Shown here: one piece after another, positions 51,406 through 62,500 of the stretch | Layout of the letters: each line of letters starts with the position of its first letter | Numbering within the stretch: position 1 is the stretch's first letter | From: Vitrella brassicaformis CCMP3155 | Lineage: Eukaryota > Protista > Chromerida | Length of the DNA: 64,000 nt | NCBI GenBank assembly: GCA_001179505.1 | Contig: CDMY01000305.1 | Span: forward strand, 62,001 to 126,000 | Reading direction: 5' to 3' | Position numbers and translations under genes: made by a program | Notes under the pieces: generated by a model | Database searches by the model: none | What the model was told of the DNA's origin: nothing | Seen by the model: only the letters and a program-made list of their open reading frames with translations

Positions 51406-53437
51406 TCATCCTGCTGCCCCGCCAGCAGATGGCATGTCAGCCACAAATATGGGCATCTTGCTGACAAACGAGCCAACATACATCCGATCGTTGTGCTCAA
51501 AAGCCTCGGTCGTCAGCCTCACCCGACCTGAAGGAAGCAAAGACACACACACACAGACACACACAGACGAGTGCATCGAGGAAAGACGCGTCGATTCCAT
51601 GTGGTGTGGTGTGGTAGGTGCGTGCACACTTGATGGGTCTGTGACGAGCCTCAGGACCTTCCCTGTCTCATCGATCTCCATCGCCCAGCCGCCCCCTCCA
51701 CCCACAAGTGTGTCCAGGGTCAACAGCACAAGCAGCCTATATGGCAAGCCAGCCATCAACTGACAATGAGAAACCACACACACCGTGACTGTGACTGCGG
51801 TCTTGGCGTCCATCCCCGCTGGCCTGCCTACCTTTCTGATCCACGGGTAGAGTCTCGACACGACTATGGCCATGGCAGTGGGGGTGGGCCCGCCGACCCA
51901 GTAGGTGCCCCTAGGCGACCGGCGGATGTTATCCAAAACGGTCGGATAGTTCTTCCCAAACACTTCCAGCTTACCTGACACACATACACATACACACACA
52001 CACAGAGAGAGAGAGAGAGAAAGGGAGAGAGAGTTAGTGGATGCCACTGCCCACAGCCCCTCCCTGCTGTGTGTGTGTGGGTGTGTGGACGTCTGTCTGG
52101 CACCCTTGTTGCTTCCGGTGAGGTGGTACTTCCAAATGAGTGCGCGTGTGCACGAGTTGATGAGCAGGTGGGTCTCGTCAAACGACACCACCATGCCGTT
52201 GGGGAAGGGCAGGTCCTTGTGCAGCACGCGGGTCTCCTTCGTGCTTCATGCACACACAACAAACAAACCACCAACAGAACACACATCAGACCGATGGCTG
52301 CCTGCTCGTTATCAGGCTCACCCACCTTGGGGCATACGACATGAGGGCGCCCGTCGCTCCGCTCTCGATGAGCTCGAGGAACAAGCGGTTGATCCTGAAC
52401 TTGGCACTGCTGTCGGTGAAGTAGACGAGGCCATCCGGCCCCTCGACAGGCGTGTTGCAGAAGACCACCTTCCGCCCGTCAGGTGCCGACTCGTCCGTCA
52501 GGATGCGGCCCTGTGCCGGCCCCCTGCTGCCGCTGCCCTCCGGCCACTCGAATATCCTGACAAACATGCAGACACACGTGAGATGCGCGTCACGCACAAA
52601 TGCGCGTGTGGTTGCTCGCACACACATGAGTCCATAGTAAGCGTCGCACACGAGGAGGTTGCCCTGCTTGTCGAAGGCGAGGCCCAGCGGGCGGCCGCAG
52701 AAGGGCTCGTTGTCGATGTCCGCCTTAGAGCACATCTCCTCGCTGCCGTCTGCACACACACACGCAGGGAGGGAAGCGATATGACTGCTATCGGTCTGTG
52801 TCTGTGTCTGTGTCTGTGTTTGTGTGTGTTTGCTGACCACCCAGGTGTCTGTGAGGTGCCGTGAAGGCCACGTGCTCCCATGTGTCGTCATCCACCAGAC
52901 GGATGATCCTCCCTAAGGCACAGACATCCATCCATCCATCCACCAAACCATTGCAGTGTTTCCGTCAGGTCCGCAGCGCCCACCTTCTGAGGTGCCTGTG
53001 TAGACAAAGCCGTTCTTGTCAGCTGCAAAGGCCTCCCCACCCTGCGCACCCACACAGACACACACATGCAAAAGCGGTCCTTTGTCGTTTTGCAGACAGA
53101 GATATCTGCGTGTTGCTTGTTGCCTGCCTGGCCACCTACCCCAGTGATGTCTGTGTAGAGCGCCTTGGATGCATTCAGGAAGGTCTGGATGGGAAAGGCC
53201 CCGGTGGGCATGGGCGCCACGTCATGTGACGGCACAACCACGGGGTCGAGAGGGGACGACACGATGACGTAGCCGCATATCGCTGATGAAGCACACACAG
53301 AAGCAAGCACACGGCAGGCACAGCGAAATGCACTGAATGCGTTTGATTGATTGATGCGACGGGCTCGTCTTCGTGGCCATTGCATACGTACCTGAGAGGA
53401 CGGCCACAGCGACAGTCCACGGACGAAGCAAAGCCAT
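51406..53437 (-). CDS. Strictosidine synthase-like / APMAP-type six-bladed beta-propeller hydrolase
   Basis: GGEAFAADKNGFVYTGTSEG, EPFCGRPLGLAFDKQGNLLVCDAYYGL, LVYFTDSSAKF, ELIESGATGALMSY, LPFPNGMVVS, LDNIRRSPRGTYWVG, plus an N-terminal hydrophobic anchor. Confidence 0.9.
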
Positions 53438-53604
53438 CTTTCTCCTCGTCAATGAGTGCCTGCAGATCGGACTGACAACCGACCGTCAGCAGTGTAGATC
53501 TCCATTCTACAATGCGGCTGCCTGCCTCTGCCTCAGGCCTCTCCCTCCATTATGCTCGCAGCCCGGTTTCCGAGCTCGCGCTGCCGCGGCTGAAACCGCT
53601 GCCC

Positions 53605-54500
53605 ATGGCTTCGTCGGTTCGTCGTCATTCGTCTACGATGTCCTCCTCTTCGCGTAGCGCCAACACGACCAAGTGGCCTCGCCAGTGGCGTGCCCATCAG
53701 CCGCTGATCACGATGCTCTGCGGCAATCCGGTCGCGCTTCCCGCACTCGACGGCATCACCGGCACGGCAGATCAGTGGGAGCGCGTCAGCCAAGGCGTCA
53801 CCATTTCGCACAACGGCCAGCAGAAGCCCCTCATGCAAGGCGGCAAGATGCTCCACCCTCCGTCGATGTGGAGCTACACGGAGGCCCACCCCTTCAGGAT
53901 GCCGCCTGTCGGCAAGCCTCTCGGCTGCTACTACACGAAGATCAGCATGAAGAAGGGCAAGGAGGACCCGCCAGTGGGTATCGACGAGCCGGGCTCGGTG
54001 GATAAGCCCGGCTACACACTCTCGGAGCACCACTACTGCTGCTGGGCTGGCTCGAGGAGACCAAGAACCTCACGACCGTCATCAACTGGACGACAGGCGA
54101 CATCGGCTCGGGGACGGACGACCAGGGCCGCTTCGACTTCCGTGAGCCCAAGCATCACCCCTCCTGGCCTTCCTACCTGATGGTCAAGGATCTGACGGCC
54201 GACGACGATCCCGAGCATCTTTCTTTGAACGGCGCCGTGTATGGCCGACTGGAGTCGCCCACGGAGTGCCACAATCCCCACCACAGCCGGCTGGTCCTGC
54301 TGACGAGCCAGGACCTGAAGTGGGGCGACCAGGACAGCGACGACTTCGTGGCCATCGACCTCGGGTACTCCGAAGGCGAGGGCGTGGAGGCATGGGTCAA
54401 GATCTTCACCACCGAGTCGCGCCCCTGCGACAAGACCGCCGTGGCCGTCAAGAACGTGCTGGGGGCCGTGCTGGGCAAGCAGGTGTGGGGGGCCGAGTGA
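53605..54500 (+). pseudogene. Intronless lineage-specific hypothetical protein with an apparent -1 frameshift near 54030
   Basis: Frame 1 reads ...DKPGYTLSEHH; the protein-like continuation LLLGWLEETKNLTTVINW...VKIFTTESRPCDKTAVAVKNVLGAVLGKQVWGAE* is in the -1 frame, which is closed by TAA at 54003-54005. Confidence 0.58.
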
Positions 54501-55881
54501 GGGAGAGGGGGTGCGGTCGGTAGCTACAGGCAGCAGCATGGTGCTGTTTTCTGACTCATTCTGTAGCTTTCCTTTCCCTCCCTCCCCATAGTCAGCTGCA
54601 GCATCTATAGTATGCACAAATGTGTGTGTGTGTGTGTGTGTGCTTGAATGGCATGAATAGCTTCGTAGGACACTGTTCGGGTGTGTGGGTGGGCATGCCG
54701 AGGGGATGGAGTGTGTTGTCTTGTTTTCTGATTTACTCTGTATGCACGCTCTCGCTCTCTCGGACATTTTGCTCTCGTTTTCCCTCTTACTGCTGCTGCT
54801 GCGGTGCTTTTTCCTGCTGCGCCGTTGAGAATTAGGCCCTTCTCTCCTCTCCCTGCCTCTCTTCCTTTCTGAACGACACATGGGTGTGCGAAGGATGAGG
54901 GATATAAGCGGCAGGTGTGTGAGGATCTGACGGCTGGTGCAGACAGCGCGACGCACGTCATTAGATCCATCCACCTGGCTGCCGCCTACGCTGGTCTTCG
55001 TGAGACGGGCTCGACTGTCTGTCTGTCTGTATGGGTGCTTGCTATGTGTTTGGTGTGAGCGCCGTGGGTGAGTGGGGAGTCTCTGTGTACATGCTGCGGA
55101 AAGACAGACGTGTGCATCCTGGTGTTTGTAGGTATGGCCAGCGAGTGAGTGGACTGTGGGTTTAGAGAGATGGGCAGCTGGCGTGTGTGTGAGGGTTTGA
55201 CGACATGCCGCTGGTGGCCGCATGGCACCTCTCTGCATGAGAGCGGGTCTCCGTCTGCTGCGGTGGCGTGACGGTGGCCGCCTGCTTGTCTGATGAGTCC
55301 CGCTCGTGACTTGACTAGATAGATACCTTTCTTGTCTGTAGATCAGGGGGTGCCAAGTGGCGGTCACGGTGACCGCTGAAACGTCGAATGGGGTTCAGGT
55401 TTTGCCGATTTGCCTTACCCCAGCGCTCCCTCAACGGGCTGCCTGCCTGCCTGCCTGAGTGATGCCTCTCTCTGTGCATGGTTGGACACTGTGATGTTTA
55501 TATGGATGGCTAGACGCATTCATGAATTGAGACACACCACACACGAAGCGCGACGACCAGAGCGGTCATGTCTCAACGAACGAATGGCATGGCCATTACG
55601 GATGAATCCAACATGAAAACGACAACCAAAAAGGTCTGGTGATTCATTCACTCACCCACTCACTTCACTGACTGACTGCATTGCATGCCACACGCTTGAC
55701 CAAAAAACGACGGACAGACCGTACCATACAAAGCGAACACGCACTGCCAAATACACGCAATATGTGAAGCATGGAAGCCTATGTACCTCCCTCCCGGCTG
55801 CCCATCATCGCCCCTCCCGTGGTCCACCACACACTGGCATCCCCTCTCAGCTCATCTCATGTCATCTCATCTCATCTCACG

Positions 55882-58338
55882 TCATGCATCTCGTTTGGTG
55901 ACTCGGAGGGCGAGGTTGGCCGGTGCCACGGTGAGTGACAGCAGCGGCATCACACGGTCTTTGCCGTCAAGGCTCACCGAGAAGGATCGCAGCAGAGACG
56001 AGATGATGACCTGGGCCTCTTGCCTGACACACACACAATTAAGCACACAACGGACACAACACTGGCTGCATGACATCGACATCCATCCGCTTTTTGCCTG
56101 TCTGCCCGGTCTCAGTTCAGCTGACATGGCGAATTTCTGTCCGATGCAGTTCCTGGGTCCCGCGCTGAATGGGAGGAATGCATCTGAGTGCGCCATTGGC
56201 TGCGACGTGCCCTCAGTGCCCTCCATCCACCGCTCCGGCCGGAAGACCGAGGGCGCCGGCCAGTAGCGAGCGTCGTTCTGCACTGCCATGAAGTTCAGCC
56301 ACACAATCGTACCTGAAGGAGACGTAGATAGACGCACACGGCGGTCGACGTGGGCACAGATGGTGTGGGGTGCGTCCAGGCATACATACCTTTGGGCAGA
56401 GTGATGCCGTTGACTGTGAGCGGCTCCTTCAGGAGGCGGTCGACAAACGGGACGATCGGCCGCACTCTGCAATTATGTATGCAATGAATGCCACACAGGG
56501 AGAGGAAGGGACCACCACTGGTCGATGGCTGGCACCAATCTCACTGTGTGTGTGGCGGACTGACTGACCTCATGACCTCCTTGAGGACGCATCTGAGGTA
56601 TTCCAGTTTGGGGAGCTCGTCGAACGTGATGGGCCGCCCACCCAAATCATCAATCTCACTCTGCACCTTACCCTACACACACACACACACACACAGACGC
56701 ATGGAGCCTGTCCCAGCCCCCCATTAATGATGTGACTTACCTGCACGTCTGGGTGTTTGGATAGGAAGTAAAGCGTCCAGGAAACCAAGTTGCTCGTCGT
56801 TTCGTGACCTACACAGCAACCACATATATTGTGGTTTGGTTGATGCTCTCCCTCGTCCCTCCTTTCACCCTCTGTGTGATGTTGGTCTTGTGTGTGCCCC
56901 TCCCCCGCTCCCCTCCCCCCGCCCCACCGACCTGCGACAAGGAAGGTGAGTGCCTCGTCGACGATTTGTTTGTCGGGCATGTTGCCGACCGCCAGGAGCT
57001 CGTCCAGCAGGTCCTTGGCCTCCTCACCGCGCACGTCCACCGACCCAGCGGCGCGACGACGGGCTATCTCGTTGATGATCCGACGACGCATACGCCTGAC
57101 GGATGGCGCACACACACACGCATGTATCCCTCCTCCCTCTGTCGGTGTCTCCATGTGTGTGTGTGTGTGTGTGTTTACTTGACGAGGATCTGGACGCCCA
57201 GGCCTGACGGCAGGGGCACGTACATCCACGCGTGGCCGAGGAGGTGTCTGCCCATCCAGAACATCGGGTAGCCGTTGACCTTCTCCCACGCCCAAACGAG
57301 CCAGTCGACGTCGAACTCACACCGGGCGAAGGCCGCGTCGCACATGACGCGAAGCGTCAGGGCACTGACAGAGAGAGCATCACGCCACGCCGGTCCCAGT
57401 GTCTCGTTCGTGATCTCTGTCTCTGTCTTTTAACCTGATGTCGTGTTTGCCGATGGTTGTGCCGTCGGTGCTCTTGGCCGCCTTGTCCTGCAGCTGCTGC
57501 ACCAGCCTGTCGGCATTCCTGGTCATGAACTTGTGCACCGCCTTCAAAGTGCTGAAGTGAAACAGGGGCGTGAGCAGCTTCCTTTGCCGCTGCCACAGCG
57601 CACCGCTCGACGTCACCAGCCTGCATGGCATGGGCGGCACAAATGACACAGATGACTGACACAAACAGACAGACACCCCTGTGTGTGCTCATTCGCTTAC
57701 CCATGTCCCACCATCTCCACGAGTGTTTCGTAGAATGGCGACTTTGGGTACTTGTCGGGGTCTGCGAGCACCTCAGCAATGGCGGCCGGCTGGTTGACGC
57801 CCACCACTCGGCGGCCCTCGAAGTCAGGGCCGACGTCCACCACCTGACATGGACACACATGACACGCACAGAGAACAGACAGACAGACAGACAGACAGAC
57901 ATGGAAGGGCGTATCAATGAATGCAGCGAATGCCGGGAGTGTCGACGTCCATATCTCCTTGTGTGTACCGTACCTCCAGGAACTGGTCTGGATGCTCGGG
58001 ATCCCTGGCACAGACAGACAGACAGACACTCATTCACTCACTCACTCATTCATCCCTTCCCCGTCTGCCTTCTCCCACTCTCACCGCCAGTCCTCGAGCA
58101 GTCCATCGAGGCCTTTATCCTTCCCCTCGCGCGCCGCAAACGCCCGCACGAACGGCATGACGCCCTTCCTGGGCGCCAGGTCTTTGTACTCTCTGTTGCG
58201 CATCAAGTAGCGGGTGACGGAGCAGACGCACTGGCCGACCACACATGCCGACACACTGCCGGCGCCGATGACCACGGCGCACTTTGCTGTCGTCCAGAGA
58301 ATGTCGCCGGCCGTGTCCGTCTTAAGCGAGAAGTCCAT
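55882..58338 (-). CDS. Cytochrome P450 (CYP4-clan-like motifs), multi-exon
   Basis: WQRQRKLLTPLFHFSTL (WxxxR), TFLVA|GHETTS (I helix), LKEVMR (ExxR), FRPERW (PERF), FLPFSAGPRNCIGQKFAM (heme-binding Cys). Confidence 0.96.
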
Positions 58339-58442
58339 CGTCGTGAATCAATCGACGAGTGGAGAGAGGGGCAGAGAGAGAGGGCCCGTTCACTCCGTGT
58401 ACAGTGTACAACCGGTTCTCTCGCGGAAGACTCAAAGGCAAA

Positions 58443-58471
58443 GGGTTTAGGGTTTAGGGCTTAGGGTTTAG
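58443..58471 (+). repeat. Interstitial telomere-like (TTTAGGG) repeat in a divergent promoter
   Basis: gggtttagggtttagggcttagggtttag, followed by opposite-orientation aaccct and caaaccctga (58472-58494). Confidence 0.8.
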
Positions 58472-58816
58472 AACCCTTTGACCTCAAACCCTGAGGGGAG
58501 CGCGCGTGACAGCTTCCCCAGGCTGACGGTATATCTTCCACACCCCCTGTGCTGTAGTGATCAGTTGTTGTTTCGCTCGTGCACATCCGAGACCCTTCGT
58601 TGACACTATCGACACGCCTCGACGAACCACTCCACTTCGAGCACGCCTAGTGTGCAACAGAGCTCTACCAGCGCAGCAGAGAGTCCACAACGAGCCACTG
58701 CTCTCTGTGAAAATCTGTGAAGACCACTAGCCCGTTGCAGCGTGTGTCAGCGGTGTCGACGGCATGCGGCTGACGTGAGCTCCCTTCTTCGGTCCATCTA
58801 TTCATCTACTCCAGCC

Positions 58817-59477
58817 ATGGCTGATCCGACGGAGCGCCCCCCGCCCCTCCCACCAACCACCCTCGCCCAACCCAAAGTCAAGCATGCCCAGGCGAGACCT
58901 TCCCCACCCCCTTTCCCGCCCCTGGCCTCGAGAAGCGGCCTTGCAGGCGTGCATGCAGCTGGTTCACACCCATCGGCTGGCGCGGCCGCAGATAGAATGG
59001 ACGAGCTGCTTCCTCCCTCACCCCCACCCCCTCCCCAATTCCCTGGCGGCACCCGTACCAAGGCACGGCCGGCCGGTGGGGCGGATCAGCAGCTACTTGA
59101 CATGATGGCTGTCGAGGAGATCGATCGGCAGGGTCCGCCTTTGCTACGGGGTGGTTCCCTGCCGCGACGAGGGAGTGTTCTTTGCGACGAGGAAGATGCT
59201 CTCATGGTGGCTGGCACACAGAGGGAGAGGGGGAGGGGGAGGGGCAGGGGCAGGGGGAGAGAGATGGCCCTGTCGAGGAGCCCTCCCTTATCGCAGCAGC
59301 ACCCTGCCAGCTTTGACGAGTGTCTTGATGGCGGCCGTGGCCAGGGTGAAGGAGCCAACCTTGACGTGACGATGAAGGACGCCACAAGCAACATGCGCAG
59401 AAAGGCGGCTGCGGCTCGCGAGAATGGCAAATCGGCACGTGTCCGGAACCGCGCAGGCCCCATCTCACAACCACAGC

Positions 59478-59513
<36 letters not shown>

Positions 59514-62500
59514 CGATCGTCAATGGCACCGCCAGCCATATCAACGAAAGGGGGTTTCAGCCAGATGAGCGTCCATCCAGTGCAGCAGATCGACATGACC
59601 TCCCCGCTGCTGCTGCTGCCGCCGCCGCTGGTGCCCGTGCGAGCGGACAGAATGGCGTGTCTACTGGTGCTCTGCAGCTGCAGCTCGCTGAGTCGGCGAA
59701 TGGGGGCCGTGCTGCGGGCAACAATCAAAGCATTCGCTACCTACCCATATACACCCACCCACCCATTGCAATCAACGAGGCTGGAAAGGCCCCCGCTCTA
59801 GCGGGGGCCGGTGGCCATATGTCTAGGGGCAGGGGCGGCTCGGCTGCTGGTCCTGCGGCCGCATCCATGCAGGCAGGCCCGCCGCGTGCTGCAGAGGCGT
59901 CGGATGCAGATGTAAGCATTGCAGTTGCATTGCAGGCACTGCACTGTGTTTGTCCAATGTGCCTGTATGTCTGTTTGGGTGGGTGCTCCGTTCAGGTTCG
60001 TCAGGCCCAGGTGATGGCCAAGGCCCGTGCGCAGCTGCAGGCAGTCCTGAGCACAGCGGTCGACGCGATCGTGCAGGAGCAGTTCAAAACCACGCCTCTC
60101 GGGGACACGTTCACGAACGGCCCATCAGGTGTGTATGCAGCAAGCCACGCACATCTATATCATTGCCTTCTCTCTCTGTCTGTATATGTGTGTGTGTGTG
60201 TGTGTGTGGTGGTGGTGGGGGGTTGCAGCAGGCGATGCTGCTCAAGCCCAGCTGGTCCTGGACCTGTCGGCGGCTGCTGCCGCTGCCGTCCCGTCGTCCT
60301 CTGCATCAGCGTCAGCGTCAGCAGGAGCAGGCCGTGGCGGTCCTGCGGCATCAGCGGCAGCGGACGCCCTTATGCAGCTGATGCCCTTGACCTCTGCTGT
60401 CGACTCTCCTCCTGAGATGGTTTCCCCAGGCACCGTCCGCGCCTTCAACATGCGGTGGCTGAACAAGGACTACATGGTCGTCAAGGATAAAGTGTTCGGT
60501 GAGTGAGCACAGCACAGCACACCCATCACACAGACCCATCACACACATCCGATCGATCGCTGCATTGCATTCAGGCGGTTATGCGCCGATGGGTGATGCC
60601 TTCGAGCGCGCATCGAGTCATGAAGGCCTCGACCCCCAGGCAGTCCTCCCCCACCGCCTGATGCTCGACTTCCTTGCACACCCCCCACCCTGGACGACGG
60701 AGCGCACTCGCCTTCTCGGCCTGCGGTTTGTGGTGTGGTTTGGGGGGGCGTGGCGGGTGCTGATGGACGAGGTGCCGGGCCAGGCGGAGATCTTCGCGCC
60801 GGCATCCATGACGCCCCCGGCCGTGCGGTGGACGCTCGAGCAGGCACTCAAGCGGCGAGATGCTCGTTGTGCGTCAAGAGGGGTGCCGCCCTCGGGTGTG
60901 TTCAAAGCGTTCTCGTTCATTGAACAGGCTGGTGAGAAGAGGAGACAGAGAGAGAGAGCAGAAAATGATACATGGGTTGGGCTCGGGTGTCACCTCTGTC
61001 TGTGTGTGTTGTGTCAGCGTTGAGGCCTTCCCTGGAGCATCATCTGTTCGACGCCCACGACACTCTCTGCCTGGCCCAGGCGCTGTACAGCTCGAGTTCC
61101 CCCGCCACGACCAAGTACATCACATTCGACCCCATCTTGAGGGAGTACAGGTGCGTCCTTCCCCCAGGCGTCTCCATGATTGCACCCCATCTGCTGTCGC
61201 ACCCTGCCCGCCGCGAGCCAATCCATGACCCCACCACGCTGCGGCACATCCAAGCGGCCCTGGCGTCCTTGGTCACCTGGCGCGACACAATGGTCGATGG
61301 ACTTGCACGAGCCGCCCCTCTACCCACTGGGCCGAGCCGTGTTCCCAGCGCCGCCCCCCTTCAGCAGCTGATCCCCCGTCCTCTTCCGCCCCAGCAGCAG
61401 AATCACCACCGTGGTGGGCCCCCACCGCCATCCTCGCGACGCCCTGGCCCCAACACACATCCCTCACACATCCCTCTGGCCAGCGTGCCGCCCCCTGGAG
61501 CCGACCAAGATGATGACAATGGTGTCAATTACATCAACCGAGGGGGGAATGTGCTGGCAGTGGTGCAGGGGAAGGTGGTGGCTGAGGCCGATGGCGGCGG
61601 CCGCGAGAGGCGCAAGCGCAAGAAAGCCGTCAAGGACGACGACAGCTTCCCCTCCCCCAGGCGCAGCAGGGCTGCCAGCAAGGCCAAGGCCAAGGTCAAG
61701 CAGCAGCAGCAGCAGCAGCGGAGGCCGCGGCAGGAGCAGAACCGTGACCATGACGACGATCGCGACGAGGACGAGGATGACGACGAGTCAGAGGAGGACA
61801 TTCCTCTGTGGCGGCGCCTCGTGGATGGTCAGGGGTCGGATGAGAAGGAGGAGGACGACCGGTCGAGCGGCTCAGGCTTGCCCGACAGGAGCGAGGCCGC
61901 AACGAGCGAGGCGGGCGAGACAAAGGAGGAGTACCTGACACACTGCGAGAAGTGGAGAGTGGTGGCGCAGAAGCTGCTCGGCAAGCTGCAGGGGGGAAAT
62001 GGGGCGTTCGGACGCCGATTCATCTACTGGTGCGTGGGTGTGTCACACACACATCACAGTACAGCACACGGCGCACAAAGCGTCCATCGTCCGTCCGCTC
62101 TCATTGTCTTATATCATCATTTGTGTCACTTTCAGGGACTACGGTGCTCGTCACGTCGATCTCTCCGAGCACACGGGCTCCAGTGTGTACGGCGCCTTCC
62201 ATGTCGACTTCACCTACGCCCTCCGCAAGCGGAACATGCCAGACGCCCCGGCCCAGCCCCCCTCTCCCTCATTCGTCCCAGAGCGATGGACACGCCAGGC
62301 CATGCAGAAGGCTCTCGATGAAGCCGTCAAGGCCCGCGACCTGCACGCCAGTCTCCTGCAGCTCGACGGCAACACCACAAGTGAGGCCGACGAGCTGCCC
62401 GCGGCCGCCAACAACCACGCCGAGGGGAGCAATGATGGTGACGACGATGAGGCGGACGATGAGGAGCAGAGCGGGCAGGACTTCCTGAAGGCCGTTGCGG

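Noticed and set aside
54033-55367. 444-aa minus-strand ORF
   Set aside because: Antisense shadow of the 53605-54500 gene plus microsatellite-rich UTR sequence.
58443-58498. Head-to-head telomere repeats as a chromosome-fusion scar
   Set aside because: Only about four degenerate units with genes closely flanking both sides; a promoter motif is the simpler explanation.
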